Under the pieces are notes generated by a model that saw only the letters and a program-made list of their open reading frames with translations, made no database searches and was not told the origin of the DNA. DNA of 64,000 nt from Candidatus Niyogibacteria bacterium CG10_big_fil_rev_8_21_14_0_10_46_36 (GTDB lineage Bacteria; Patescibacteriota; Minisyncoccia; 1-14-0-10-42-19), in assembly GCA_002772995.1 (NCBI GenBank), contig PFCO01000001.1, positions 244-64,243 of the forward strand. The letters run 5' to 3'. The translations under genes were made by a program, and so were the position numbers. Positions 29,295-39,022 of this stretch are shown here, piece by piece. How positions within the stretch are numbered: position 1 is the stretch's first letter; each line of letters opens with the position of its first letter.

Positions 29295-30918
29295 ATTTTT
29301 TCTTTTTCACTGCTACCCGCAAAAATTCGCGGAATAAGGGATGGGGCTTGAGCGGACTTGATTTGAGTTCGGGATGAAACTGCGTCCCTACAAAAAATGG
29401 ATGATTCTTTATCTCTATAATTTCTACCAAATTGCGCTGAGGATTTGTGCCGGCGACCACCAGCCCCGCTTCTTCCAGGCGCTCCCGGAAATCATTGTTC
29501 ATTTCGTACCTATGGCGGTGGCGTTCAAAAATATTTTTTTCCTTGTACGCCCGAAAGCTTGTAGTCCCTTCTTTCAGCGCGCAGGGATACATCCCAAGAC
29601 GCATTGAGCCCCCATAGTCTTTGTTCTTTAGATTAACCTCCTGCTCAGGCATAGTCGCAATGACCGGATGCGGGGTTTGTGATTGAATCTCTGTTGTATG
29701 CGCTTTCCGCATGCCTCCGACATTGCGTGAAAATTCAATGACTGCGAGCTGCATGCCGTAACAGAGTCCAAGGTACGGGATATTGTGCGTACGCGCATAT
29801 CGGATTGCTTTTATTTTTCCTTCAATGCCACGTTTCCCAAAACCGCCCGGAACGACAATACCGTCAAATTTTTCGAGCTCACGCACACGAGCCGGTTTTT
29901 TTTCATACTCTTCGGTGTCTATCCAGTGTATTTCGGGTTTAAATCCAGACCGCCATGCTGCATGCTTAATCGCCTCAAGAACAGAAATATATGAATCGGA
30001 AAGCATAAAATTTCCCGTAGCAAAGTACTTCCCCGCAACCGCGATGCGGACCGTCTTTTTTATATTTTTAATACGCCGCACCAATGCCCGCCATTCACGC
30101 ATATTGCTTTGCCGCCGCTTTAAGCCGAATTTTGCAAGCACCCGCTTCCCAAGGTTATCCTTCTCAAAATTAATAGGAATCTCGTAAATGCTTTCAATGT
30201 CAGGGGCCGATACTACATCTTCTTCGTTGATGTTGCAGAATATCGCTATCTTTTGCTTCCGAGGCGCATCAATCGGATGGGCGGAACGCGCAAGTATCAT
30301 GTCCGGCTGGATACCGATACTATTGAGAATGCGTACCGCGTGCTGCGTGGGCTTCGTTTTCATCTCCCCTATCATTTTCGGCACCGGCAAATAACTTACC
30401 ATAATGAACATCACCTTATCCGGTGCTTTCAATTTCATCATACGGCCCGCTTCCAGGAATATGTTGTTTTGATACTCACCTACTGTGCCTCCCACCTCTA
30501 TCAGCACAAAATCAGCCTTTGTTTTGCGCGCTGCAAGTTCAATGCGTTCTGTTATCTCTCCGGTGATATGCGGGACCACTTCTACACATTTCCCGCCATA
30601 ATACATTGCCCGCTCCTTTGCGATGACTGATTGGTAAACCTGGCCTGTCGTCATATAGTTGTACCGGAACATCGGAGCGCCCAGAAACCGCTCATAATTC
30701 CCGATATCCTGATCACACTCCAAACCATCATCAGTCACAAAGACCTCACCGTGCTCTACGGGGTTCATGGTTCCTGCATCCACATTTAGATAGGGATCAA
30801 TTTTTATGGCTGTCACCGAAAAACCGTAGCTCTTGAGAATGTTACCGATGGATGCCGTTGCGACACCCTTACCGATGCCCGACATTACTCCGCCTAAAAC
30901 AAAAATATACCTGGCCAT
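29293..30918 (-). CDS. pyrG: CTP synthase
   Basis: GVMSGIGKG, KTKPTQH, GLCYGMQ, RHRHRYE, QFHPE. Confidence 0.98.
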   Translation of the reverse strand: MARYIFVLGGVMSGIGKGVATASIGNILKSYGFSVTAIKIDPYLNVDAGTMNPVEHGEVFVTDDGLECDQDIGNYERFLGAPMFRYNYMTTGQVYQSVIAKERAMYYGGKCVEVVPHITGEITERIELAARKTKADFVLIEVGGTVGEYQNNIFLEAGRMMKLKAPDKVMFIMVSYLPVPKMIGEMKTKPTQHAVRILNSIGIQPDMILARSAHPIDAPRKQKIAIFCNINEEDVVSAPDIESIYEIPINFEKDNLGKRVLAKFGLKRRQSNMREWRALVRRIKNIKKTVRIAVAGKYFATGNFMLSDSYISVLEAIKHAAWRSGFKPEIHWIDTEEYEKKPARVRELEKFDGIVVPGGFGKRGIEGKIKAIRYARTHNIPYLGLCYGMQLAVIEFSRNVGGMRKAHTTEIQSQTPHPVIATMPEQEVNLKNKDYGGSMRLGMYPCALKEGTTSFRAYKEKNIFERHRHRYEMNNDFRERLEEAGLVVAGTNPQRNLVEIIEIKNHPFFVGTQFHPELKSSPLKPHPLFREFLRVAVKKKK

Positions 30919-30963
30919 AATATCTATGAACGAGTAAAAAGAAAAATGAATTGGTAAATAAAT

Positions 30964-31413
30964 TTATTCCTTCGCCGAAACTACTGTTACCGTAATCGTT
31001 GCCTCAGCGCTCCCGCGCTGTATACGAACCATATGCTTCCCCTCCTCCTTTATCGGTTCTTCAAGAAGGATATCTTCTTCAGCAATCGCAGAAAACCCTG
31101 CTTTGCTAATAGCGTCTACGATGTCCTTTGCATGCAGTTTTTTGAACAGTGCGCCCTTGTCGTTTGTCTTTGCAGTGATTTCTATTGATGCCTTTGCAAT
31201 CTCGCCAAGCGCCTCTTTTAACAATGTGGTGCTTTTCTCTAGTGTTGCTGCCTCTTCCTGCTTCTTCTGTTCAAGGGTCTTAAGCGCATTCGGCGTTGCC
31301 TCTACCGCAAGATGCTTCGGCAACAAAAAATTACGCGCATAGCCGCTTTTAACCTCCTTTACATCGTTTTTGTGCCCAACGCCGGGGACTTCGTTTAAAA
31401 ATATAACCTTCAT
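30964..31413 (-). CDS. rplI: 50S ribosomal protein bL9
   Basis: [18 protein letters not shown]. Confidence 0.95.
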   Translation of the reverse strand: MKVIFLNEVPGVGHKNDVKEVKSGYARNFLLPKHLAVEATPNALKTLEQKKQEEAATLEKSTTLLKEALGEIAKASIEITAKTNDKGALFKKLHAKDIVDAISKAGFSAIAEEDILLEEPIKEEGKHMVRIQRGSAEATITVTVVSAKE

Positions 31414-31439
31414 ATGTAATTATTCATTAATAATATGAT

Positions 31440-32693
31440 TTATTTGTCCTGCAGTATGTTTATTGCTTTTTCAAGCTGCTCATCAACACCCTGTTCGTCA
31501 TCCTCCTGTTCAACAACAATATCCGGATCAAGGCCATTGTCGGATATGGAGTGCCCATCCGGCGTCAGCCAACGGGCAATAGTCACCTTCAGCGCACTAT
31601 CTTGATCAAACGGGATGAGTTCCTGCACTGACCCTTTCCCGAATGTTTTTGTGCCAACCAAGGTTGCTACACCATGATCCTGCAATGCCCCTGCAAGAAT
31701 CTCTGAAGCCGACGCGGAGCCCTCGTTCACAAGAATTACTACCGATTTTCCTTCAAGCGTTTCATACCCCCGTGAACGATGTACCTGCTCCTCGCCTGAA
31801 CCAAAATCCTCGCGCACCACCACATCGCCAAGCGGCAAGAACCAACTTGATATATCAACCGCCGCTTCCAGGTATCCGCCCGGGTTGTTACGCAAATCAA
31901 GAATTAACTTTTGGCGCCCGGAAAGAATCATGTCGCGGACTGCAGCCCGGAACGCAGATGTTGAATTTTCAGAAAAACTAAAGAGCCGGATAATATAAAT
32001 ATCATCTCCTACGGTGTGCGCGGTTTTGTCGCCCGCTTCTTCGCCCTTGCTTACAATCTCGCGCGTATCAGTTTCAACAACAGGAATCTCAATGCGATCG
32101 CGCGTTACAGTTATCTTTACCGGCTCATCTTCGCCCTTCCGCAAAAGAGTAAGCACCACATCAGTCCCCTTCGGGCCCCGTATAAGCGTTACCGCTTCAT
32201 CAAGCGAAACACCGGCGGCAGACATGTCATCTATTTGTATTATCTGATCCCCCGCCTTAATCCCTGCGCGATCCGCAGGCGTCCCTTCCAGGGGAGCGAT
32301 GACCGTCAATAAGTCATTCCGCATACCTATCTCCATCCCCACCCCCTCAAAATCACCCCGTACGGAGCTCTGGAATAGCTCATTTTCGCGCGGAGGGAGA
32401 AAGACGGTATAGGGGTCGCCTACCGCGTCCACCATGCCCCGAATAGCGCCCCACACAAGATCCTGTGGATCTATGTCGTCTGAAGAAACATACTTACTTT
32501 TTAGCGTCGCCCATGTTTGCCAAAACAATGAAAAATCAACCGCATCAGTATTGCCACTGTTTTTGTTGTACACTTCGGTTACCGAATTGATTGCGGCATT
32601 CTGCTGCTTCCCCAAAACGAACCCAATACTAAAAACAGCGACTACGATAATCGCTCCTGCCGCCAGAGTGAATGTTTTACTCCGAAAAGACAT
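31440..32693 (-). CDS. S41 carboxyl-terminal processing protease (CtpA-like, PDZ)
   Basis: DPYT, DLRNNPGG, ASASE, FGKGSVQ. Confidence 0.95.
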   Translation of the reverse strand: MSFRSKTFTLAAGAIIVVAVFSIGFVLGKQQNAAINSVTEVYNKNSGNTDAVDFSLFWQTWATLKSKYVSSDDIDPQDLVWGAIRGMVDAVGDPYTVFLPPRENELFQSSVRGDFEGVGMEIGMRNDLLTVIAPLEGTPADRAGIKAGDQIIQIDDMSAAGVSLDEAVTLIRGPKGTDVVLTLLRKGEDEPVKITVTRDRIEIPVVETDTREIVSKGEEAGDKTAHTVGDDIYIIRLFSFSENSTSAFRAAVRDMILSGRQKLILDLRNNPGGYLEAAVDISSWFLPLGDVVVREDFGSGEEQVHRSRGYETLEGKSVVILVNEGSASASEILAGALQDHGVATLVGTKTFGKGSVQELIPFDQDSALKVTIARWLTPDGHSISDNGLDPDIVVEQEDDEQGVDEQLEKAINILQDK

Positions 32694-32765
32694 ATTTTAT
32701 TCTAGTATCCCAAAAATATATCCTATGGTCAACTTGTGGAAAAAGGATAAAAATACCGCTACAAT

Positions 32766-34151
32766 ATGAACATGCCAGCCATACAAAAACTCACTTTGTA
32801 TAATACGCTTTCTCATAAAAAAGACCTGTTTCAGCCTCTCCATGGCCGTGATGTGGGGTATTACACCTGCGGACCGACTGTTTACCAATATGCTCATATC
32901 GGCAATCTCCGCACCTATATTTTTGAGGATATTCTCAAGCGGACGCTCGTTCTTTCCGGATACCGAGTAAAGCATATTATGAACATTACGGATGTGGGGC
33001 ATCTTACTTCCGACGAGGATACCGGGGAAGACAAGGTGGAAAAAGAAGCGACGCGTCAAAAGAAAACCGCGGAAGAACTTGCGCGTTTCTATGAAGACGC
33101 TTTTAAAAAAGACCTCAAGCTCCTGAATATTCTTTCGCCCGACGCATTCCCCCGCGCAACTGAACATATTGAAGAACAAATACGCCTTATCAAAACGTTA
33201 GAAAAAAAAGGATACGCATACAAAATATCAGATGGCGTATACTTTGATACGAAAAAATTCAAAGCATACGGGGCTCTTTGGAAAACGAAACCCGCCAATG
33301 CTCAAAAAAGCGAGCGCATCCAAACGGAAGAAAAAAAGAACGAACAAGATTTTGCGTTATGGAAATTTTCCAATCCTAGTGAAAAACGCCAGATGGAATG
33401 GGACTCGCCGTGGGGCAAAGGATTTCCTGGGTGGCACATAGAATGTTCTGCGATGAGTATGAAATATTTGGGTGAAGAATTCGATATCCACGCGGGCGGC
33501 ATTGATCATATCCCGGTGCATCATACAAATGAGCTAGCGCAGTCGGAAGCCGCAACCGGAAAGCAATTTGTGCGGTTTTGGCTTCATGGAAACTTTTTAC
33601 AGGTAGACGGCAAGCGTATGGGCAAGTCGGAAGGCAACCTGCTAACACTTGATGAGTTATACAAAAAAGGATTCCATGCGCTTGATTACCGCTACTTTGT
33701 AGTGGGAACGCACTACCGCTCTCCCCTCTTATTCTCGCTTGAAGCGCTTGCAGGGGCGCGCGCAGCACGGCACCGCATTGTCCAGCACATCCAAAAGCTT
33801 CTTCAAACGCATAAAAAGAAAGACAATCACGGATTCCGGAACGCATTCACAAAAGCCCTCGCGGACGACCTGAATACACCCCAAGCACTTGCAGCATTTT
33901 GGGACCATGCCGATACTGTCTCGCTCGCCGATATTCTTTGGGCAGACAAAATCTTAGGGCTCGGACTGCAGAGCATCAAGAAACCGAACCCGCCAAAAGA
34001 CATAAAAAAACTCGCACGGCAACGTGACGACCACAGGAAGAAAAAGGAATGGAAGAAAGCCGACGAACTCCGGGACACCATACAAAACCATGGCTGGCTC
34101 ATAGACGATACGCCACAGGGACCGGTATTCATCCAAAAGGAAATAAAATAG
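32766..34151 (+). CDS. cysS: Cysteinyl-tRNA synthetase
   Basis: CGPTVY, HIGN, PGWHIECS, RMGKS; true start may be 32772. Confidence 0.97.
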   Translation: MNMPAIQKLTLYNTLSHKKDLFQPLHGRDVGYYTCGPTVYQYAHIGNLRTYIFEDILKRTLVLSGYRVKHIMNITDVGHLTSDEDTGEDKVEKEATRQKKTAEELARFYEDAFKKDLKLLNILSPDAFPRATEHIEEQIRLIKTLEKKGYAYKISDGVYFDTKKFKAYGALWKTKPANAQKSERIQTEEKKNEQDFALWKFSNPSEKRQMEWDSPWGKGFPGWHIECSAMSMKYLGEEFDIHAGGIDHIPVHHTNELAQSEAATGKQFVRFWLHGNFLQVDGKRMGKSEGNLLTLDELYKKGFHALDYRYFVVGTHYRSPLLFSLEALAGARAARHRIVQHIQKLLQTHKKKDNHGFRNAFTKALADDLNTPQALAAFWDHADTVSLADILWADKILGLGLQSIKKPNPPKDIKKLARQRDDHRKKKEWKKADELRDTIQNHGWLIDDTPQGPVFIQKEIK

Positions 34152-34178
34152 CGCAGACCCCGGGTCTGCGCTATTTTA
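34146..34178. terminator. Bidirectional terminator
   Basis: aaatagcgcagaccc-c-gggtctgcgctattt. Confidence 0.8.
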
Positions 34179-34854
34179 TAACCCGCCACTCTATATCTTT
34201 CTCGTCTCCGGCAAATTCCAGCCAATCCCCTCCTCCTCTTACCACAAACCAGCGTTGTTTGGTATCCGACCATACCATTGGGTGCCCATCATAGAATGGC
34301 TTTTTTACTATTTCCTTCGGCTTGAGACGATCAAGTTCAAGCCATTTTTTAAATATTGTTTCTATTGCGTAATCAAGCTTACGCGAATTTGCCCATGTCG
34401 CCACTTTATCTATCGCTTCTTTTGCTTTTTGAGTGGAGCCCGCAAGTTCAAGCAATTTTTTTGCGGGAGCGGTGTAGCGTGAGTATACTATCGCTTTTTT
34501 GCGTGCATTTTCTTTAAGCTCTTCAAGCGATATCCCTTTGCTTTTAAAAAAGTGCGCGATAATCTGGCGTATTGCTGTTTTGTCTTGAAGTTCTTTTTGA
34601 TACCGTATCGCATCTTTTTTAATGTATTCTTCTATTTTTTCCGCCGTGCTTTTTCCGATACCTTTCATTTTTTGTATCCCTTTTATGCCCTCCCGCTCAT
34701 AAACATCCGCAATATCTTCGGCCATCTCTTCAAGCGCGCGCGCCGCCTTTCGGTATGCGGCCGGCTTGAATTTCACTCCCTCTAATTCCAGAAGTTCAGC
34801 TATCTCGTGGAATATCTTTGCTATATGTATGTTTGTCTTTTTGTCTCCTGGCAT
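34171..34854 (-). CDS. PolX/Pol-beta 8-kDa (HhH) domain fused to an uncharacterised C-terminal domain
   Basis: NIHIAKIFHEIAELLE..FKPAAYRKAARAL..KGIGKSTAEKIEE; no polymerase Asp motifs; start moved to ATG 34854. Confidence 0.8.
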   Translation of the reverse strand: MPGDKKTNIHIAKIFHEIAELLELEGVKFKPAAYRKAARALEEMAEDIADVYEREGIKGIQKMKGIGKSTAEKIEEYIKKDAIRYQKELQDKTAIRQIIAHFFKSKGISLEELKENARKKAIVYSRYTAPAKKLLELAGSTQKAKEAIDKVATWANSRKLDYAIETIFKKWLELDRLKPKEIVKKPFYDGHPMVWSDTKQRWFVVRGGGDWLEFAGDEKDIEWRVIK

Positions 34855-34887
34855 ATTACTCTCATTATAAGACACAAAAACCTGCTC

Positions 34888-34917
34888 AAAAAGAAAAGAC
34901 CTGGTTACAGGTCTTTT
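34888..34917 (-). terminator. Intrinsic terminator closing the candidate ncRNA
   Basis: Minus strand aaaagacctg-taac-caggtcttttcttttt. Confidence 0.75.
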
Positions 34918-35274
34918 AAAAAGAAGGGATGGGCTTGCAAGCCCTTGAAAGACTTCAATCCCTTGAGAATGAGAGCGCTCCCCCTCACGCGTGAGAAGAG
35001 ATCGTACATTCTCTTTATAGGCGGGGGTTTGCCGCCTGCGTGAACATATCTGTCTTTCATGCGGTCCCTTGCCCACACCGTTTGCTATAGTCCGGACTAT
35101 AGTGCACGCAAGACATGTTCCGCTTCGATCAATATACTGCCCCCCCTTATTTTCGAGCTCATGCGCTCAGGGTAAAGGACAGGGGTTGCCACGCATCCTT
35201 GCGAAAATGAGAGCCTCGACTCTTTTGTCGTCTCTGGCAAAAAGCCAGACGAGGGAAAGGATGCTAACTTATCT
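34888..35274 (-). ncRNA. Candidate large structured ncRNA of unknown class (~380 nt)
   Basis: Own promoter and terminator; six contiguous helical domains with G-U pairs favouring the minus strand; no credible ORF. Confidence 0.6.
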
Positions 35275-35280
35275 TTTCCC

Positions 35281-35308
35281 ATTGTACATGTATATATTAT
35301 CTTGTCAA
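35281..35308 (-). promoter_or_regulatory. Sigma70 promoter driving the candidate ncRNA
   Basis: TTGACA (35308-35303)-N16-TACAAT (35286-35281). Confidence 0.7.
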
Positions 35309-35340
35309 GAGTCCAATTCTATCGTAAAATATGAGAACAT

Positions 35341-35895
35341 ATGCCAATGAAATACAAAAAAAAAATAGTACTAGACCCCGACCCGGTGCTCCGTAAAAAA
35401 GCAGAGGAAGTCAAAAAGGAAGACATACGATCGCCAGACACACAATCCCTTATCCGCACCATGGCAGAAGTATTATTAGAAAGCGAAAATGGCGTGGGAC
35501 TCGCAGCCCCTCAAATTGGAGCACCTCTCCGCGTATTTATTGTGCTCAAAAAAGTCCTCACCTTAAGCGAAGAAAAGAAAGACCAGGAAGAAGCTCGAAA
35601 AAAAGACCCTCTTTCGGAGGTAGATATTTACATCAACCCAGAAATAAAGAACCGCTCCAAAACCACTATCATTATGGATGAAGGGTGTTTAAGCGTCCCG
35701 CGCATGTACGGAAAAATAAAACGCTTTGAAAAAGTAACGCTTCGTGCATATAACGAGCGCGGGGAATCTATGGAGCGCGGCGCCTCCGGCCTTCTTGCAG
35801 AAATCTTTCAGCATGAAGTGGACCACTTAAATGGCATCCTTTTTATAGATTCCGCAAAAGATGTGAAAGAATTTGCACCGCCAAAAGAAGAATGA
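35341..35895 (+). CDS. def: Peptide deformylase
   Basis: GVGLAAPQ, EGCLS, QHEVDHLNG. Confidence 0.97.
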   Translation: MPMKYKKKIVLDPDPVLRKKAEEVKKEDIRSPDTQSLIRTMAEVLLESENGVGLAAPQIGAPLRVFIVLKKVLTLSEEKKDQEEARKKDPLSEVDIYINPEIKNRSKTTIIMDEGCLSVPRMYGKIKRFEKVTLRAYNERGESMERGASGLLAEIFQHEVDHLNGILFIDSAKDVKEFAPPKEE

Positions 35896-35899
35896 TCAT

Positions 35900-36829
35900 A
35901 TGATAAAAATAATATTTTTTGGGACATCATCCTTCGGGATACCTGCGCTTGAGATATTAGAAAAAGCGGGCATGGCGCCGCTTCTTATTGTCTCCACTCC
36001 CGATAAACCAAAAGGGCGCAAACTCCAACTCTCCCCTTCTCCCGTGAGAGTTTGGGCTGAAGAACATTCCATCCCTGTCATAACTCCAAGCACTCTAAAA
36101 GACAGGGACGCTGTGCACGCCATTCAAGAAAAACATGCTGATGTGTTTGTTGTCGCTTCTTACGGAAAGATAATCCCGAAAGAAATTTTAAATATACCGC
36201 CGAAGGGCACGATAAACATCCATCCCTCACTCTTGCCGCTTTTGCGCGGACCGAGCCCCATACAAACCGCAATACTGAAAAACGCAGAAACCGGCGCGAC
36301 CCTTATGCTTACCGACGAGGAAGTAGACCATGGGCCAATACTTGCCCAACAAGCGTTAGAAGCAAAAAATCTCTCATACCCGAAACTAGAGCAAGCGCTC
36401 GCGGAACTTGGCGCGCGCATGCTTGCAGACCTGCTCCCTGCCTGGGTAGCGGGAGAAATTACACCCAAAGAGCAGGACCACGAAAAAGCAACATATACCA
36501 AAAAGATTAAAAAAGAAGACGGGCATATTGATTGGAAAAAGTCTGGCGCTGCCATTGAGCGGGAGGTGCGGGCACTCAACCCATGGCCTGGGACATATAC
36601 ATTCACGGATGGAAAAACGCGCCTTATTATCACAAAAGCGCACATAGAAAACACAAGCGAGAAGCACCCGCCCGGGACTGTCATAAAAACAAAAAATGGC
36701 GATTTTGCAATCGCCGCGTCCGACACTATGCTTGTTATAGATTCTATAAAACCCGAAGGAAAGCAAAATATGACGGGCAAAGACTTCCTGCGGGGCAATT
36801 CGTTTCTATCTGGAGAAAAACTTACATAA
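35900..36829 (+). CDS. fmt: Methionyl-tRNA formyltransferase
   Basis: FFGTS, NIHPSLLP, RGPSPIQ, DHGPI. Confidence 0.96.
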   Translation: MIKIIFFGTSSFGIPALEILEKAGMAPLLIVSTPDKPKGRKLQLSPSPVRVWAEEHSIPVITPSTLKDRDAVHAIQEKHADVFVVASYGKIIPKEILNIPPKGTINIHPSLLPLLRGPSPIQTAILKNAETGATLMLTDEEVDHGPILAQQALEAKNLSYPKLEQALAELGARMLADLLPAWVAGEITPKEQDHEKATYTKKIKKEDGHIDWKKSGAAIEREVRALNPWPGTYTFTDGKTRLIITKAHIENTSEKHPPGTVIKTKNGDFAIAASDTMLVIDSIKPEGKQNMTGKDFLRGNSFLSGEKLT

Positions 36830-38084
36830 AATTTTTATATAGTTGCAAATGATCCTCCAGATGCCTGCTCATTAAAAAGTTCTGCTTTACGCGTGTTTTT
36901 GCAGACTTCCCAAGGCGCACATTTAATTTTTTGTTTCGTATCAATTCAACAATGCGCCCCGCGGCCTCCATCGGCGTATCAACTAAATATCCGTCCTTGC
37001 CGTTCCGTATTTGTTTTTTGATGCCACCAACATTCCCCGCAACGACCGCCTTTCCCTTCCACATGGCTTCGGTCACTGTGAGCCCGAACCCTTCTTTGAG
37101 AGATTTTTGCACCACAACATCCGCAGAAGTCTGTACGGCATTCACCAGCATTTCATTGGTAAATGTGCCGAGCGTTTTTGGATCAAAAAATACAACAATA
37201 TCGGGATCGCCTGATGCATGTTTTTTTACATGCTCAAAGACCTCATACGCTTCGGGGTCGTCTTGCGCTTCGGCAAAACCAACGAGTACCAGCTGAAGAT
37301 TTGGTATCTCGTTTTTTGCATGGTAGTACGCCTGTATCACGCCCAGGGGATCTTTCCATGGGTCAAACCGTGATATCTGGGTTATAAGGGGCCTGTCAGA
37401 ATGAACGCCAAATCCTTGCAGTATTTTGCAGCATAGCGTCTCATCTATATGGATATTTTTGGGCGTGAATGGGTCTATCGCGGGGAGAATGTACGCCTTT
37501 TTTGTACGCACACCGGGAATCGCAAATTCCTTCATACTAAATACGATACAGTCATATGCCCGTATATACGGTTTTAAAAAGGAGAGTATCTCTTGATTTG
37601 GATTTGAAAGATCAATATGCATCCGTGATATCATTACTCCCTCCCTAAAGTCGCGGATAAGCGCAAGCGGCTGAGGGTCGTGGATAATATAGATATCGGC
37701 CTTCTCCATGCCGCGTAGGTCAGATGCTATTTTTTTATTCACATTAAAATACATGCTCTTTTCGTTTTCAGATAATGAAAGCGGGGAGCTTTGAAGGGCA
37801 TTGTGTATCTTTTTAGTTACGACAAAAAACTCCGGGGGAGCATTCACCGTCCACCATTCGCTTTTCATGCCAATGTCCCGCTCTAATGGGACAAGACTTT
37901 TTAGAAGTTCGGCAACACCCCCGCCTTCGGGCGCCGTATTAATATGAACGACCCGCTTGCCCGCAAGGTGCTCCGCAGAGCGCCGTATCTCCTCGCGTTT
38001 TTTGAGAGAGAGAAACTGAAAGTAGTCTGAAAGTGACTTCTTCTCTACTTCACGAAAACGAAGAATAGAAGGAGACAATGCCAT
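36822..38084 (-). CDS. treT: GT4 glycosyltransferase, TreT-like trehalose synthase
   Basis: GGGVAELL, TKKIHNALQ, HDPQP, SRFDPWKD, EGFGLTVTEAMWK. Confidence 0.85.
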   Translation of the reverse strand: MALSPSILRFREVEKKSLSDYFQFLSLKKREEIRRSAEHLAGKRVVHINTAPEGGGVAELLKSLVPLERDIGMKSEWWTVNAPPEFFVVTKKIHNALQSSPLSLSENEKSMYFNVNKKIASDLRGMEKADIYIIHDPQPLALIRDFREGVMISRMHIDLSNPNQEILSFLKPYIRAYDCIVFSMKEFAIPGVRTKKAYILPAIDPFTPKNIHIDETLCCKILQGFGVHSDRPLITQISRFDPWKDPLGVIQAYYHAKNEIPNLQLVLVGFAEAQDDPEAYEVFEHVKKHASGDPDIVVFFDPKTLGTFTNEMLVNAVQTSADVVVQKSLKEGFGLTVTEAMWKGKAVVAGNVGGIKKQIRNGKDGYLVDTPMEAAGRIVELIRNKKLNVRLGKSAKTRVKQNFLMSRHLEDHLQLYKNFM

Positions 38085-38096
38085 ACTACACATGTT

Positions 38097-38951
38097 CTAC
38101 GAATTGTATAACTTCTTTCCCAAATATATAAGAGCGCCCCACAGTCCTCCCTCATCTCCCAATTGCGCTTTTTCTAATTTTGGGAGAACGGGAAAAATTT
38201 GCATAATATGATTTAAATGATATTCTACCCGCTCAAGCGGAATACCTGGAGCTCCGGTAATCATAGAGCCGCCGAGTACGATAACTTCGGGCGACCAATG
38301 AACTATAGTGTTATTAAGCCCATATGCAAGAAAATGCGCAGCTTCATCCCATATGTTTAAGTCAGTAACCTCAAACGGCTTTTTGCGGAAGCGCTGTTCA
38401 AATGCTTTCCCTGAAATATACGACTCAAGATCGTGTCTGCCATCCTTGCTGCAAGAAGGGCAGAGAGCGCCCGATGCATCAATAATCTGATGCCCTGGCT
38501 CAAACCCGAATGCGCTCGCATCTATCCGTCCGTCGACAAAACGAGAGCCGCCAACGCCGGTACTTACCGTGAGATACACCACAATATCATGTCCGCGCCC
38601 GGCACCAAAGTACACTTCCCCAAGGCCGTTCATATTCGTGTCATTTTCAAGATGCACCGGTCCTTTTGCCGCTATTTCAAGTTCGCGCTTTAAGGGACGC
38701 GCCACCCAGGACGGCAAATTTGGAGCGGCTACCAAGCGCGTCCTGTCTTTGTTCAAAGGACCTGCGACACCTCCCGCAATCGCATCAAATGCCTTTCCTC
38801 CGCCCAGCTCGCCTGCGACCGTACCGAAAAGCGCTACCCCTTCTTCAAAGTTTTGAGGAGTAGGAACTACTTTTACATCAGAAAAACGCTTTCCGTCAGA
38901 AGAAGCAGCAAAACGCATTTTTGACCCGCCGATATCAAACAAAAGATACAT
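38097..38951 (-). CDS. ROK family sugar kinase (glucokinase-like)
   Basis: DIGGSK, LEND, STGVGG, EPGH. Confidence 0.9.
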   Translation of the reverse strand: MYLLFDIGGSKMRFAASSDGKRFSDVKVVPTPQNFEEGVALFGTVAGELGGGKAFDAIAGGVAGPLNKDRTRLVAAPNLPSWVARPLKRELEIAAKGPVHLENDTNMNGLGEVYFGAGRGHDIVVYLTVSTGVGGSRFVDGRIDASAFGFEPGHQIIDASGALCPSCSKDGRHDLESYISGKAFEQRFRKKPFEVTDLNIWDEAAHFLAYGLNNTIVHWSPEVIVLGGSMITGAPGIPLERVEYHLNHIMQIFPVLPKLEKAQLGDEGGLWGALIYLGKKLYNS

Positions 38952-38994
38952 ATACCTTTATTATCTTGCTATATCAAAAAGAAATCAAACAAAA

Positions 38995-39014
38995 ATCCCG
39001 CATGTCTGCGGGAT
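38995..39014 (-). terminator. Hairpin after transaldolase
   Basis: atcccgca-tgtc-tgcgggat with U tract on minus strand. Confidence 0.6.
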
Positions 39015-39022
39015 ATATTTGA

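Noticed and set aside
5844-31413. Separation of rplU from rpmA and of rplI from dnaB
   Set aside because: Ordinary operon fragmentation; bL27 lacks the N-terminal extension, so no Prp protease is expected
34855-35076. 74-codon N-terminal extension of the HhH gene in the ORF track
   Set aside because: It crosses a terminator; the domain and a -10 box point to ATG 34854
34888-35274. RNase P RNA or tmRNA identity for the structured region (fragments AGTCCGGAC, AAACGGTG, GGCAAACCCC)
   Set aside because: No GAGGAAAGUCC, no 3' P4 strand (ACAGAACCCGGCUUA-like), no T arm or CCA end, and the spacing is wrong
34905-35282. ORF 35282-35097 and its continuation past two TAG codons, as a readthrough or pseudogene
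   Set aside because: The ATG overlaps the -10 hexamer, both TAGs come from the palindrome and no protein motif is present; pervasive pairing explains the region better, though this is not fully excluded
36822-36829. Switch from mostly plus to mostly minus genes as a replication terminus
   Set aside because: By eye the plus strand stays C-rich on both sides and no dif site was found; skew was not computed
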